A stretch of 64,000 nt of DNA from Candidatus Dormiibacterota bacterium (GTDB lineage Bacteria > Chloroflexota > Dormibacteria > Aeolococcales > Aeolococcaceae): contig CAWCVK010000001.1 of the NCBI GenBank assembly GCA_963799005.1, positions 512,893 through 576,892 of the forward strand, written 5' to 3'. The notes beneath the pieces are model-generated. The model was not told the origin of the DNA, searched no databases, and saw nothing but the letters and a program-made list of their open reading frames with translations. Of the stretch, positions 1 through 10,141 are shown piece after piece. Numbering within the stretch: position 1 is the first letter of the stretch; every line of letters begins with the position of its first letter. Position numbers and translations under genes: made by a program.

Positions 1-651
1 GGGTTTCTCTTCTGCAACGAGGCCGACCTGCCGTATCAGATGCGGGTGGGCCCCGAGGTTGCAGCGGCGATGGCGGCCGTGATCGGCCAGGTGCGCGATC
101 TGATCACACGACCATTCGGCATCGACCTCGTCTGGGACCCGTTATCCAGCCTCGCGGTGGCCCGGGCCACCGGCGCCACCTTCGTCCGCGAAGTGTTCAC
201 GGGTGTCTTCGAGAGCGACCTCGGCCTGATGCAACCGGACTTCGGCGCGATCGCCGCGTACCGCGACCACATCGGCGCCGCGTCCGTCGCCATGTTCAGC
301 AACATCACGCCGGAGTTCGCCAGCAGTCTCGGAAATCGCTCGATCGCGATGCGAGCCAGGAGTGCCGCATATCTCGGCGTCGATGCGATCCTCATCAGCG
401 GTCAGATCACCGGGACCGACACGCATGTCTCGGACCTGCACGAGGCCAAGGAAGCCGTGCCGGAGATGCCGGTTCTCGCCAACACCGGCGTGCGCGAGGA
501 AACCGTCGACGCCGTTCTCGCGATCGCCGACGGTCTGTTCGTCGGCACCAGCCTGAAACGTGACGGCGTCACCTGGAACTCAGTCGATCCCGAGCGTGCC
601 GCCCGCTTCATGAGCGCGGTACGGCGCGCGCGTGAGGCGGTTCCCGCCTGA
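1..651 (+). CDS. BtpA/SgcQ-family predicted TIM-barrel protein, 5' end cut by window start
   Basis: Reading frame is open from base 1 (GFLFCNEADLPYQM...). About 60% identical to the complete BtpA-family ORF at 4905..5720. Stop at 649-651. Confidence 0.7.
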   Translation, partial: GFLFCNEADLPYQMRVGPEVAAAMAAVIGQVRDLITRPFGIDLVWDPLSSLAVARATGATFVREVFTGVFESDLGLMQPDFGAIAAYRDHIGAASVAMFSNITPEFASSLGNRSIAMRARSAAYLGVDAILISGQITGTDTHVSDLHEAKEAVPEMPVLANTGVREETVDAVLAIADGLFVGTSLKRDGVTWNSVDPERAARFMSAVRRAREAVPA

Positions 652-652
652 C

Positions 653-1604
653 ATGTCGAAGACGAGGATCTACTTCGTCAGCGACCTGCACGGATCCAGC
701 GTGTGCTTTCGAAAGTTCGTCAACGCCGCAAAGATCTACGAGCCCGACATCCTGATTCTCGGCGGCGACGTGGCCGGCAAGGCCATCCAGTCGATCGTCC
801 GGGCGCCCGGCGGTCACTGGCACTGCCGGTTCGTCGGCACCGACTACGACGTCGTCGAGGGCCCCGAGCTGATCGCGCTCGAGAAGCTGATCGCCGACCA
901 CGGCTACTACCCGTACCGTGCCGACCCCGGCGAGCTCGAGGCGAAGGAGGCGAACGGCGGTCTCGACGACATCTTTCTGCGCCTGATGCGCGAGCGTCTC
1001 ACCGAATGGCTCGAGCTTGCCGATGCGCGTCTCCGGCCGCTGGGCATTCCGCTGTACTTCATGTTGGGCAACGACGACCCGGCGGAGCTCGGTGCGTTGC
1101 TCGACAGCGCACCATGGGGCACGCATGACGAGGGCAAGGTCGTCTGGCTCGACGACGAGCACGAGATGATCAGCTGGGGCTTCTCGAACGTGACGCCCTG
1201 GCACACGTATCGCGAGCAGGACGAGGGCCGGCTGCGGGCGACGATCGACGCCATGGTGCCCGAGCTCCAGCATCCCGAGCGAGCCGTCTTCAACCTGCAC
1301 GCGCCGCCCTATGGGACCCAGCTCGACGAAGCGCCCCTGCTCGATGCGAACCTGCAGGTGCAGGCGACCCTCGGTCAGGTGCGGATGGTGGCGGTGGGCA
1401 GCACCGCGGTTCGCGATGCCGAGCAGGCATATCAGCCGCTGCTCGGATTGCACGGACACATTCACGAGTTCCTCGGGCATCCGGCGGCTCGGACGCACCG
1501 TGGTCATCAATCCGGGAAGTGACTATTCGACGGGGGCGCTGAACGGCGCGCTGATGACGCTCGACGGCGACAAGGTCAAGGCGCAGCAGCTGGTTCGCGG
1601 GTAG
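653..1604 (+). pseudogene. Calcineurin-like metallophosphoesterase, apparent 1-nt frameshift near 1466-1470 (possible sequencing error)
   Basis: N-terminus MSKTRIYFVSDLHGS and GNDD/GHIHE motifs in frame 2 up to LGLHGHIHEF. The conserved C-terminus GIRRLGRTVVINPGS continues in frame 0 (ORF 1311..1604). The frames join if one T of the 'gagttcc' run is removed. Confidence 0.65.
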
Positions 1605-1610
1605 TCCGCA

Positions 1611-3167
1611 GTGGCACCCCATGCTCAGACCGATGCCCTCGTGTCCGTCGACGTGGGCACGTCGGGTGCTCGCGCCACCGCGTACGACACCACCGGGACG
1701 ATGCTCCTCGAGGTCCGCCGCCCCTACCCGACGAGCACACCGCGCGACGGGTGGGCGGAGCAGGACGCCGGCAGCTGGCGTTCGTCGTCGCTCTCGGCGC
1801 TGGGCGCGCTCATCAGGCAACTCGGCAGCGGGCACGTCATCCACGCGATCGGGTTGACCGGTCAGTGCCCATCCGTGGTGCCCATCGACGGCCGTGGGGA
1901 GCCGCTCCGGCCGGGGCTCATCTACCGGGACAACCGCGCCGTGGTGGAGGCGGAGTGGCTGCGCGCCACATTCGGCGCCGACGCGCTGCACGCCTTGACC
2001 GGACACCTCCCGGCGGCGTTTCACGTCGCCGCGAAGGTCCTCTGGATTCGCACCCACGAGCCGGACGTCTTCAAAGCGGCGCGGCTGTTTCTGCAGCCGA
2101 CCGAGCTCCTCGCGCTGACCCTCACCGGGGAGGCGGTCACCGACTGGACCATGGCCGCGTCGAGCGCGCTGCTGAACCTGCGCGAGCGCAGATGGGCGCC
2201 TGCGCTCGTGGAGGCGGTGGGCCTCGAGCCGGCGCAGCTGCCGGTGCCGCGTCCCTCATGGAGCATCGCCGGCGAGCTGCGCCCGTCGCTGGTGCGGCGC
2301 TTCGGGCTCGCCGCCACGATTCCGGTCGTTGCCGGGGCAGGTGACAGCATCGCCTGTGCATTCGGCGCCGGGGTCACCACGTCCGGACCGGTGAGCGAGA
2401 TGGCCGGGAGCTCGACCTGCCTCAACACTGTCGTGAGCGAGCCCACGCCCGACCTTGCGGTGACCCACTACCCCAGCGCGGTGGGCGCCGATGGCTACGT
2501 CACCGAGGTGGGGATCAACACCGCCGGCGAGGCGGTGGACTGGCTCGCGTCGCTGACCTATGCCGGGCGCTCCGGCCGGCTGCGAGCCGATGACTTCGAG
2601 CGGCTCGATCGAGAGGCGGCCGAGGTCGCCCTCGGTTCGGACGGGCTGCTCTTCATCGCGGTCCTCGGGGACGGCGAGCGCGACGATCCCGAGCTCCGCG
2701 GCGCCGCGATCGGACTGTCGGTGCGGCACGACCGCCGATCGCTGGCGCGTGCTGCGCTGGAGGGAGTCGCCTTTGCGATTCGCGCGCACGTGGAGCGTCT
2801 CGGGATGGCGAGCACGCCCGCTACGGAGATGCGCGTCTCGGGCCGCCCGGCGTCGCTGCAAACCTGGAATCGGATCAAAGCCGACGTGCTCGGCATCCCG
2901 GTGCTGCGAGTTCGCGGCGACGCCACGACGGCCGGGGTGGCGATGCTGGCCGGGCTGGGAATCGGCATCTACCCAGACGCCGAGTTGGCCATCGCCACCG
3001 CCTGCCGCCCGGATGCGCCGATCGAGCCAGATCTTGCCAACCACGACAGATACACGGCGGTCTACGAACGCTACCGGGCGGTGGTCGCCTCGACCACGCT
3101 GCACGCCGGCGGCGCGGGGGTGTACGACCAGGAGCCGCCCGGGCGCCGGACGCGGGTGCGGTCATGA
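1611..3167 (+). CDS. FGGY-family carbohydrate kinase (xylulokinase/ribulokinase-like)
   Basis: 518 aa. N-terminal VSVDVGTSGARA ATP-binding start and GAGDSIACAFGAG motif characteristic of FGGY kinases. Confidence 0.8.
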   Translation: MAPHAQTDALVSVDVGTSGARATAYDTTGTMLLEVRRPYPTSTPRDGWAEQDAGSWRSSSLSALGALIRQLGSGHVIHAIGLTGQCPSVVPIDGRGEPLRPGLIYRDNRAVVEAEWLRATFGADALHALTGHLPAAFHVAAKVLWIRTHEPDVFKAARLFLQPTELLALTLTGEAVTDWTMAASSALLNLRERRWAPALVEAVGLEPAQLPVPRPSWSIAGELRPSLVRRFGLAATIPVVAGAGDSIACAFGAGVTTSGPVSEMAGSSTCLNTVVSEPTPDLAVTHYPSAVGADGYVTEVGINTAGEAVDWLASLTYAGRSGRLRADDFERLDREAAEVALGSDGLLFIAVLGDGERDDPELRGAAIGLSVRHDRRSLARAALEGVAFAIRAHVERLGMASTPATEMRVSGRPASLQTWNRIKADVLGIPVLRVRGDATTAGVAMLAGLGIGIYPDAELAIATACRPDAPIEPDLANHDRYTAVYERYRAVVASTTLHAGGAGVYDQEPPGRRTRVRS

Positions 3168-4081
3168 AGGTCAACCTGGGCATCAACACCTGCTTCGCGC
3201 TCAAGCGCTGGCCGCGCCCCGCCGACTGGGCTTCGGTCGTCCGCAACGACCTCGGGCTGGATCTCGTCGAGCTTTCGCTCGACCTCATCGAGGGCATCGA
3301 GACCTTCGCCGGCGGCCGTGATGCCGTCGAACGACACCGCAGCGCGCTCGACGCCAACCGGCTGACGGCGCACGCGACCTTCACCGGTCTGTCGGCGTAC
3401 TCGCTCGACCTCCTCATGCACCCCGACCAGGGACGGCGTGAAGCGGCGCTGCAGTGGTATCGGGGCATCATCGATCTCACCGCCGCGCTGGGAGCTCGGG
3501 CGACCGGGGGCCACGTGGGAGCGATGAGCGTGCCCGACTGGGCCGTGCCCGAGCGCCGCGCCGAGCGCTGGGACGGTTTGAAGCGCGACCTCGACACGAT
3601 CGCCGCTCACGCGAGCGCGGTGGGGCTCGAATACCTCCTGGTCGAAAACCTGGTCGCGGTGCGCGAGCCGTCGACCATGGCGCAGGTGGAGGATCTGCTC
3701 ACCGACGGGGATACCGCGCATGCGCCATGGCGGCTCTGCCTCGATGTCGGCCATCAGTGCGTCCCCGGCACCGCAGGCGCCGAGCGCGATCCCTACGCCT
3801 GGCTGCAGCGCTTCGGCAGCCGGCTCGTCGAGGTCCAGTTGCAGCAGTCGGACGGGATCGCCGATCACCACTGGGCTTTCACCGCCGAGCACAACGCCGC
3901 GGGCCTGATCGACCCGGCCCGGGTGCTCGACACCCTGGAGAACGCCGGCGCGGGCACCGTCGATCTGATCTTCGAGATCATCCCCGGCTGGGAGGACCCC
4001 GACGATCGGGTCATCGCCGATCTGCTGTACTCGGTCGAGCTCTGGCGCGGCGCGATCGACTCCCGCGGCCTCGGGAAGTAG
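3164..4081 (+). CDS. Sugar-phosphate isomerase/epimerase (xylose-isomerase-like TIM barrel)
   Basis: 305 aa. ATGA overlap with the upstream kinase. Conserved H/E/D metal-ligand pattern of AP-endonuclease-2/xylose-isomerase-like TIM barrels. Confidence 0.7.
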   Translation: MKVNLGINTCFALKRWPRPADWASVVRNDLGLDLVELSLDLIEGIETFAGGRDAVERHRSALDANRLTAHATFTGLSAYSLDLLMHPDQGRREAALQWYRGIIDLTAALGARATGGHVGAMSVPDWAVPERRAERWDGLKRDLDTIAAHASAVGLEYLLVENLVAVREPSTMAQVEDLLTDGDTAHAPWRLCLDVGHQCVPGTAGAERDPYAWLQRFGSRLVEVQLQQSDGIADHHWAFTAEHNAAGLIDPARVLDTLENAGAGTVDLIFEIIPGWEDPDDRVIADLLYSVELWRGAIDSRGLGK

Positions 4082-4085
4082 GCGC

Positions 4086-4895
4086 ATGTCGTTCATCCGT
4101 GCCAACGGCCTCGACGTCCACTACCGGATCACCGGAGAAGGCTCCGCGACCGTTCTGCTCGTCAACGGCGTGGGTGACGACCTCGAGTGCTGGTCGATGC
4201 AGGTCGACCAGTTGGTTGCCGCGGGCCTGCGCGTGATCACCTTCGACAATCGCGGTGTCGGGCGCACCTCACAGCCGTCCGGCCCGTACTCGAGCCGGGA
4301 GATGGCCGCGGACACCAAGGCGCTCGCCGACACGCTCGGCCTGGCGCCGTTCCACCTGGTCGGTGTCTCGCTGGGCGGCGTCATCGCCCAGGAATACGCG
4401 CTCTCGTACCCCGACGATCTCAGCTCGGTCGTGCTCGCGAACACCTACGCCCGGCCTGACTCCTACACGCGCGCGGCCTTCGACGCGTGGGGGCAGATCG
4501 CCGTCGCCGCCGGAATGCCCTTGATGATGCGCCAGCAGGCGCCCTGGGTCTTCAGCCCGGCCTTCTTCGAGGCACAGCCCGAGCGGCTCAACGCAATCAT
4601 CGCGGAGGCGGAACGGAGCACCCAGCCGGCCGCATCGTTCTCAGCGCAGATCGCGGCGCTCGTCAGTCACGACTGCGCCGACCGGCTCGGCTCGCTGCGC
4701 ACGCCCGCACTGGTGATCGCAGCCGACGACGACATCGTCATCCGGATGTCACTGTCACATCGGTTGTTCGAGGGATTGCCTCGCGGTTTCTGGGCCATCG
4801 TCCCCGGCGGACACGCCGCGTTCGTGGAGAATCCCGACCCGTGGAATCGAGCCGTCATTGAATTCATCGATCGGCACCGCGCAGCGGCGCACTGA
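4086..4895 (+). CDS. Alpha/beta-hydrolase fold protein
   Basis: 269 aa. HLVGVSLGG nucleophile elbow (GxSxG), with Asp and His later in the sequence. Confidence 0.75.
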   Translation: MSFIRANGLDVHYRITGEGSATVLLVNGVGDDLECWSMQVDQLVAAGLRVITFDNRGVGRTSQPSGPYSSREMAADTKALADTLGLAPFHLVGVSLGGVIAQEYALSYPDDLSSVVLANTYARPDSYTRAAFDAWGQIAVAAGMPLMMRQQAPWVFSPAFFEAQPERLNAIIAEAERSTQPAASFSAQIAALVSHDCADRLGSLRTPALVIAADDDIVIRMSLSHRLFEGLPRGFWAIVPGGHAAFVENPDPWNRAVIEFIDRHRAAAH

Positions 4896-4904
4896 GGAGG
4901 TGGG

Positions 4905-5720
4905 ATGAACCTGTCCCTGGCCCGGCGATTCGGAACCGAGAAGCCCGTGATCGCCATGCTCCACTTCCCCGGCCTGCCCGGGCGGCCCCGGCACAATCGC
5001 GAGCTCGGCAGAAGCCACCTGGTCGACGTGGTGGGCCGCGATCTCGAGACCCTCCAGGGTGCCGGGGTCGACGGGGTGCTCTTCTGCAACGAGAACGACA
5101 TCCCGTATCAGCTCGTGGTCGGGCCGGAGATTCCCGCGGCGATGTCAGCGGTCATCGGCGAGCTTCGCGCGTCGGTACGCGTACCCTTCGGCGTGAACAT
5201 CCTCTGGGATGCGAAGTCGAGCATCGCGGTTGCTCGTGCGACCGGAGCGACGTTCATACGTGAGGTGCTGACCGGGGTGTACGAGAGTGACCTCGGGTTG
5301 ATCGCCCCCGCGATCGGAGACCTCGCCGGGTATCGCACGACGATCGGCGCCGATGACGTCGCATTCTTCGACAACATCTCCCCGGAGTTCAGCAGCGCTC
5401 TGGGCACGCGCGGCATCGGTGATCGTGCCCGGAGCGCTGCGTTCCTCGGGGTGGACGCAATCCTCATCTCCGGACCCTCCGCGGGGATGCCGTTCGCGAT
5501 GACCGACCTGAGAACGGCCAAGGATGCCGTGCCCGACGTGCCGGTCTTCGCCAACACCGGCGTCAACGCGGAACGTCTCGGAGAGATCTTCAGCGTCGCC
5601 GACGGGGTGATCGTGGGCACGAGCCTCAAGGTCGACGGCGACACGTGGAGCCGGGTCGATCCAGCCCGCGCGGAGCGCCTCATGGACACCGCTCGCGCGA
5701 TCCGCTCGAAGGGTTCCTGA
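4905..5720 (+). CDS. BtpA/SgcQ-family predicted TIM-barrel protein (complete paralog)
   Basis: 271 aa. Aligns along its whole length with the gene at 1..651 (VARATGATF(I/V)REV, GVDAILISG, ANTGV, VGTSLK). Confidence 0.8.
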   Translation: MNLSLARRFGTEKPVIAMLHFPGLPGRPRHNRELGRSHLVDVVGRDLETLQGAGVDGVLFCNENDIPYQLVVGPEIPAAMSAVIGELRASVRVPFGVNILWDAKSSIAVARATGATFIREVLTGVYESDLGLIAPAIGDLAGYRTTIGADDVAFFDNISPEFSSALGTRGIGDRARSAAFLGVDAILISGPSAGMPFAMTDLRTAKDAVPDVPVFANTGVNAERLGEIFSVADGVIVGTSLKVDGDTWSRVDPARAERLMDTARAIRSKGS

Positions 5721-5771
5721 GCGGGCGATTGGCCGTGAGGGTTCGATGCAAGAGATGAGGAGCGTCTGAGC

Positions 5772-7469
5772 ATGGAGTTCACAGCCGCCCGCGACCTCCT
5801 GCTCGCGCAGCGAGGAAATTACCAAGCGGCGTATGGCGGCTTTCAATGGCCGCGCCCTGAAACATTCAACTGGGCACTCGACTGGTTCGACACCATCGCC
5901 GCCGGCAACGATCGCCCGGCGCTCTGGATCATCGACGACGACACCGAGACCCGGCTGTCGTTCGCCGACCTGGCCGCCCGCTCCAACGCGCTCGCAGCCT
6001 GGCTGCGCGCGCAAGGCGTCCGCCGCGGTGACCGGACCCTGCTGATGCTCGGCAACCGCGCCGCGCTCTGGGAGTGCATCCTCGCGCTGACCAAGCTGGG
6101 CGCGGTGATGATTCCCTCGACCACGCTGCTGACGCCGGCGGACATCGCCGATCGTGTCGAGCGCGGGCACGTCGCACACGTCGTCGCCGAGTCCGCGCAG
6201 ACAGGCCACTTCGCGGAGATCGCCGGCGCGTTCACACGCATCGCCGTCGGCGAGGCGGTCGACGGATGGCTCCGGTACGACGACTTCAGAGGCGGAGACA
6301 GCGCGTTCACACCCGACGGTGCGACGCTCGCGACCGATCCGCTCTTCCTGTACTTCACGTCGGGGACGACGGCGAAGCCGAAGCTGGTCGAGCACACCCA
6401 CGTGAGCTATCCGGTGGGACACCTGTCAACGATGTACTGGCTTGGACTGGAGCCGGGAGATGTGCATCTCAACATCTCGTCCCCGGGCTGGGCGAAGCAC
6501 GCGTGGAGCAACGTCTTCGCACCCTGGAATGCCGAGGCGACCGTGCTGATCCTCAACACCGCCCGCTTCTCGGCGCGACGCCTGCTCGACACCCTGACGC
6601 GGTGCTCGGTGACCAGCCTGTGCGCACCACCGACGGTGTGGCGGATGGTCATCCAGGAGGAGTTGCGCGCGTGGCACCCGCCCTTGCGAGAGGTGGTCAG
6701 CGCCGGTGAGCCCCTCAACCCCGAGGTCATCGAGCAGGTTCGGCGTGCGTGGGGACTGACCATCCGGGACGGGTATGGGCAGACCGAAACCACCGCGCAG
6801 ATCGGCAATCCGCCCGGGGAGCCGGTGAAGCCGGGGTCGATGGGCCGGCCGCTTCCCGGCTATGTCATCGATCTCATCGATCCGGCCACCGGCGCCCACG
6901 GCGAAACCGGTGAAATCTGCATCGATCTCGCCCAGCGACCGGTGGCGCTGATGGTCGGCTATCGCGACGACAGCGCGCACACCGCGCACGTGATGCGCGA
7001 CGGCTTCTATCACACCGGCGACGTGGCGTCTCGCGACGCCGACGGGTACATCACCTACGTGGGCAGGTCGGACGACGTCTTCAAGTCGTCTGACTACCGA
7101 ATCTCCCCGTTCGAGCTCGAGAGTGTGCTCATCGAGCACCCGGCGGTCGCCGAGGCGGCCGTGGTGCCTTCGCCGGACCCGGTGCGCCTCGCGGTCCCCA
7201 AGGCATTCATCACAGTCGGGGGCGGCTATCTTCCATCCGACACCGTTGCGCGCTCGATCTTCGAGCACTCGCAGGCCAATCTCGCTCCCTACAAGCGCAT
7301 CCGAAGGCTGGAGTTCGCGGAGTTGCCCAAGACCATCTCGGGGAAGATCCGCCGCGTGGACCTGCGTGCCAGGGAAGTGCAGCTGCGCGAGCGGACAGAG
7401 CGCGCGCGCGCCGAAAACGAGTACTGGGAAGAGGATTTCCCCGATCTGCGGAATGAGCCCAGGGGCTGA
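5772..7469 (+). CDS. AMP-dependent acyl-CoA synthetase/ligase (medium-chain, Acs-like)
   Basis: 565 aa. AMP-binding signature YFTSGTTAKPK, then GYGQTE, and the C-terminal lysine motif ISGKIRR. Confidence 0.8.
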   Translation: MEFTAARDLLLAQRGNYQAAYGGFQWPRPETFNWALDWFDTIAAGNDRPALWIIDDDTETRLSFADLAARSNALAAWLRAQGVRRGDRTLLMLGNRAALWECILALTKLGAVMIPSTTLLTPADIADRVERGHVAHVVAESAQTGHFAEIAGAFTRIAVGEAVDGWLRYDDFRGGDSAFTPDGATLATDPLFLYFTSGTTAKPKLVEHTHVSYPVGHLSTMYWLGLEPGDVHLNISSPGWAKHAWSNVFAPWNAEATVLILNTARFSARRLLDTLTRCSVTSLCAPPTVWRMVIQEELRAWHPPLREVVSAGEPLNPEVIEQVRRAWGLTIRDGYGQTETTAQIGNPPGEPVKPGSMGRPLPGYVIDLIDPATGAHGETGEICIDLAQRPVALMVGYRDDSAHTAHVMRDGFYHTGDVASRDADGYITYVGRSDDVFKSSDYRISPFELESVLIEHPAVAEAAVVPSPDPVRLAVPKAFITVGGGYLPSDTVARSIFEHSQANLAPYKRIRRLEFAELPKTISGKIRRVDLRAREVQLRERTERARAENEYWEEDFPDLRNEPRG

Positions 7470-7496
7470 CCGGCGCGGGTCGAGCGAATGCCGGGG

Positions 7497-7955
7497 TCAG
7501 ACGTAGAAGCGGTACAGCCCCTGCGCGACGCAGCACGGTTTGTCGGCGCCTTCACGCTCGACCACGAAGTCGACGGCGATCTGGACGCTGCCGTCGGCGA
7601 CCGTCTCGACGGAGACGAGGGTCGCGCCGGCTCGGATCAGCGAGCCGACCGGCACCGGGGAAGGGAACCGCACTCTGTTCAAACCGTAGTTGACCCCCAG
7701 ACGCAAGCCCTCGAAACGCAGGATCTCCCCCCACATCGGCACCAGCAGTGACAGCGTCAGGAATCCATGCGCAATCGTGGTCCCGAACGGACCGGCCGCC
7801 GCGCGCTCCGCGTCGACGTGTATCCACTGGTGATCATCGGTCGCTTCCGCGAACGTGTTGATCTGCTCCTGGGTGATCTCGCGCCACTCGGAGTACCCCA
7901 GGTGCTTGCCGGTCAGTGCGGTCAACTCGGCGACGCTGGCGACGGTGGTGGTCAC
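7497..7955 (-). CDS. MaoC-like (R)-specific enoyl-CoA hydratase/dehydratase (hot-dog fold)
   Basis: 152 aa. Motifs DxHxxHVD and AHGF typical of the MaoC dehydratase family. Confidence 0.75.
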   Translation of the reverse strand: MTTTVASVAELTALTGKHLGYSEWREITQEQINTFAEATDDHQWIHVDAERAAAGPFGTTIAHGFLTLSLLVPMWGEILRFEGLRLGVNYGLNRVRFPSPVPVGSLIRAGATLVSVETVADGSVQIAVDFVVEREGADKPCCVAQGLYRFYV

Positions 7956-7986
7956 CGTGTTCTCCCTGGTCCCGCTCGTTGTCGCA

Positions 7987-8391
7987 TCAGTCGCGCGTCA
8001 GCACGACCACCGGTATCTCTCGCTCGGTGCGCTTCTGGTACTGATCGTAGTCGGGCCAGACCGCGGTCATCGTCTTCCACAGCTCCGGTTTCTCCTCGGC
8101 CGTCGCCGTCCTGGCGTGGGCGGCAAAGCGATCTGCCTTGACCTGGACCTGAACTTCGGGGTCCGCCACCAGGTTCAGGTACCACGCCGGGGGCGCGGGG
8201 GCTCCGCCCTTGGAGCCGACGACCAGGTAATCGTCACCGTGACGTCCGAAGATCAGCGCATTGCTGTGCAGCGCACCGGACTTGCGCCCTCTGGTGGTGA
8301 GGATCAGGATCTCGGCGCCGTTGCGCCATTGGAAGCCCTCTTCGCCGTCGGTTGCGACGTATCGATCGACGTGCTCTTTGCCATACAGCAT
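7987..8391 (-). CDS. F420H2-dependent nitroreductase family protein (DUF385/Ddn-like)
   Basis: Internal Met start (MLYGKEHVDRY...) of ORF 7987..8538. About 135 aa. Conserved LLTTRGRKSG and PAPPAWYLNL motifs of the deazaflavin-dependent nitroreductase family. Confidence 0.7.
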   Translation of the reverse strand: MLYGKEHVDRYVATDGEEGFQWRNGAEILILTTRGRKSGALHSNALIFGRHGDDYLVVGSKGGAPAPPAWYLNLVADPEVQVQVKADRFAAHARTATAEEKPELWKTMTAVWPDYDQYQKRTEREIPVVVLTRD

Positions 8392-8506
8392 CCATGCATC
8401 TCCGAGGTGCGGTTGTCCCAGGCGCCGGGAAGCGCGCCTTCGAGTGTAATTTACCGATGCACTTCGAAGATCCGCCCTTCTCGCAACCCCGCGTGACCCG
8501 GGCTGC

Positions 8507-9529
8507 ATGAGCATGGGTGCGAGAGCCGGCGGTCTCATCGCGCGGATGGGGCCACTGGCCGTGGCCGTCGCCGCCGCGATGTGGGCGACCGACCCCTACT
8601 TCCGCCCCGCCTTGACCAAACAGCTGACCGCGAGCCAGATCGTGTTCGTCGAGTCACTGCTCATCGCGCTGTGCTTCCTCCCCGTCGCCGGGCGCGTCCG
8701 CCGAGAGTTGCGCCATCTCTCCCGCCGGCAGTGGATCGCGATGGGGATCATCGCGCTCGGTGCGCAGGCGTTCGCGACGGTGCTCTTCACCCAGGCGCTG
8801 AGCTACGCCTTCCCGGCGCACGCCTCGCCCGATTTCAACGTTGAGAACGAGGTCTATCTCCTCTACATGCTGCAGCCGGTATTCGGTATCGCTATGGCCC
8901 GCATCGTCCTCAAGGAGCGGCGCAAGCCGTACTTCTGGCCGCTCGCCGCGTGCGCGATCGTCGGCGTGTATCTGATCGTGTTTCCGCAGAATCCGCTGGC
9001 CCCGTTCTCCTCGGTGCAGCATGGTCAACTGCTCGCCGCCGTGCTGATCCTCGGCGCCGTGGTGCTCTGGGCCTCGGGGACGGTGTTCGGACGCTACAGC
9101 CTCTCTAACGTCTCGTTCGTCACCACCGCGGCGATGCGTTTCACGCTTGCGCTCCCGGTGCTGCTCATCCTCATGCTCGCCGGTGTGGGCGGAGGGCACC
9201 TGGGTGCGTTCTCCGCCCAGCAGATACCGAGCTTCATCGGGATCGCGCTCGTCCCCGGCCTGCTGGCGATGCTGCTGTACTACCGGGCGCTCGCGAGCAC
9301 GCCTGCCTCGATGGCGTCGATCGCTGAGCTCGGGTACCCATGCGCCCTGTTCCTGGTCTTCTCGCTTCCGGCTCCGGTCGGCCTCGGCCTCCCCCTCTAC
9401 GGGGTCGAGATCGCAGGAGCGCTGGTGCTCATCGCGGTGGTCACGACGCTGAATCTGCTCAGGGACCGTGACGTCGTCGAGACGCCGCGCCGCACCGACG
9501 TGACCCTGGCCGCCGAAGGCTGCAGGTAG
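8507..9529 (+). CDS. EamA/DMT-family transporter
   Basis: 340 aa. Ten predicted TM helices in two EamA repeats. The exact start is uncertain. Confidence 0.65.
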   Translation: MSMGARAGGLIARMGPLAVAVAAAMWATDPYFRPALTKQLTASQIVFVESLLIALCFLPVAGRVRRELRHLSRRQWIAMGIIALGAQAFATVLFTQALSYAFPAHASPDFNVENEVYLLYMLQPVFGIAMARIVLKERRKPYFWPLAACAIVGVYLIVFPQNPLAPFSSVQHGQLLAAVLILGAVVLWASGTVFGRYSLSNVSFVTTAAMRFTLALPVLLILMLAGVGGGHLGAFSAQQIPSFIGIALVPGLLAMLLYYRALASTPASMASIAELGYPCALFLVFSLPAPVGLGLPLYGVEIAGALVLIAVVTTLNLLRDRDVVETPRRTDVTLAAEGCR

Positions 9530-9535
9530 GAGCCG

Positions 9536-10141
9536 ATGCCGGCCGGGTTGTGGATCGTGGTGCTGATCAAGGATTTCACCACCGCGAAAAGCCGGCTCGC
9601 ACCGGTGCTCGGACCTGGGCCGCGTCGCGAGCTCGCCGAGATGACCGCTGCGCGCGCGCTCGACGCCGCGCTGGCGCTGGCACCGACGCTCGCCGTCTGC
9701 GGATCACTGGAGGCTGCCGATCTTGCGCGCGGGCGAGGCGCGTTCCTGGTGGTGGAGGCATCGCCGAGCGGTCAGAACGCCGCGGCGATGCGCGGCCTCG
9801 CCGAGGTCGCCGAACGTGGCGCGGAGGCGGCGTTGCTGCTCAGCTCCGATCTACCGCTGGTCGACGAGGCGGCGCTGCGCCGGCTCCTGGCTCGCACGGA
9901 CGCCCCGGGACGCCTTGCCGTGGCCGCCCCGGCGGTCGGCCGCCAGGGGACCAACGCCCTCTACCTGCGCCCGCCGGGCGACTTCGGCCTCCACTTCGGG
10001 GAGACCTCGCTGCCCAAATTTGCCGATGAGGCCCGGCTGCGCGGTCGTGCGTTCATCGTCCACGACGACCCCATCCTGGCGCTGGATCTCGACGAGCCAT
10101 CAGACCTCTCCGCCTGGCGGCTGCTCGAGCCGATCGGGTGA
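9536..10141 (+). CDS. cofC: 2-phospho-L-lactate (or PEP) guanylyltransferase CofC/FbiD
   Basis: 201 aa. N-terminus LWIVVLIKDFTTAKSRLAP is typical of CofC. First gene of a cofC-cofE-cofD run whose stops and starts overlap. Confidence 0.75.
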   Translation: MPAGLWIVVLIKDFTTAKSRLAPVLGPGPRRELAEMTAARALDAALALAPTLAVCGSLEAADLARGRGAFLVVEASPSGQNAAAMRGLAEVAERGAEAALLLSSDLPLVDEAALRRLLARTDAPGRLAVAAPAVGRQGTNALYLRPPGDFGLHFGETSLPKFADEARLRGRAFIVHDDPILALDLDEPSDLSAWRLLEPIG

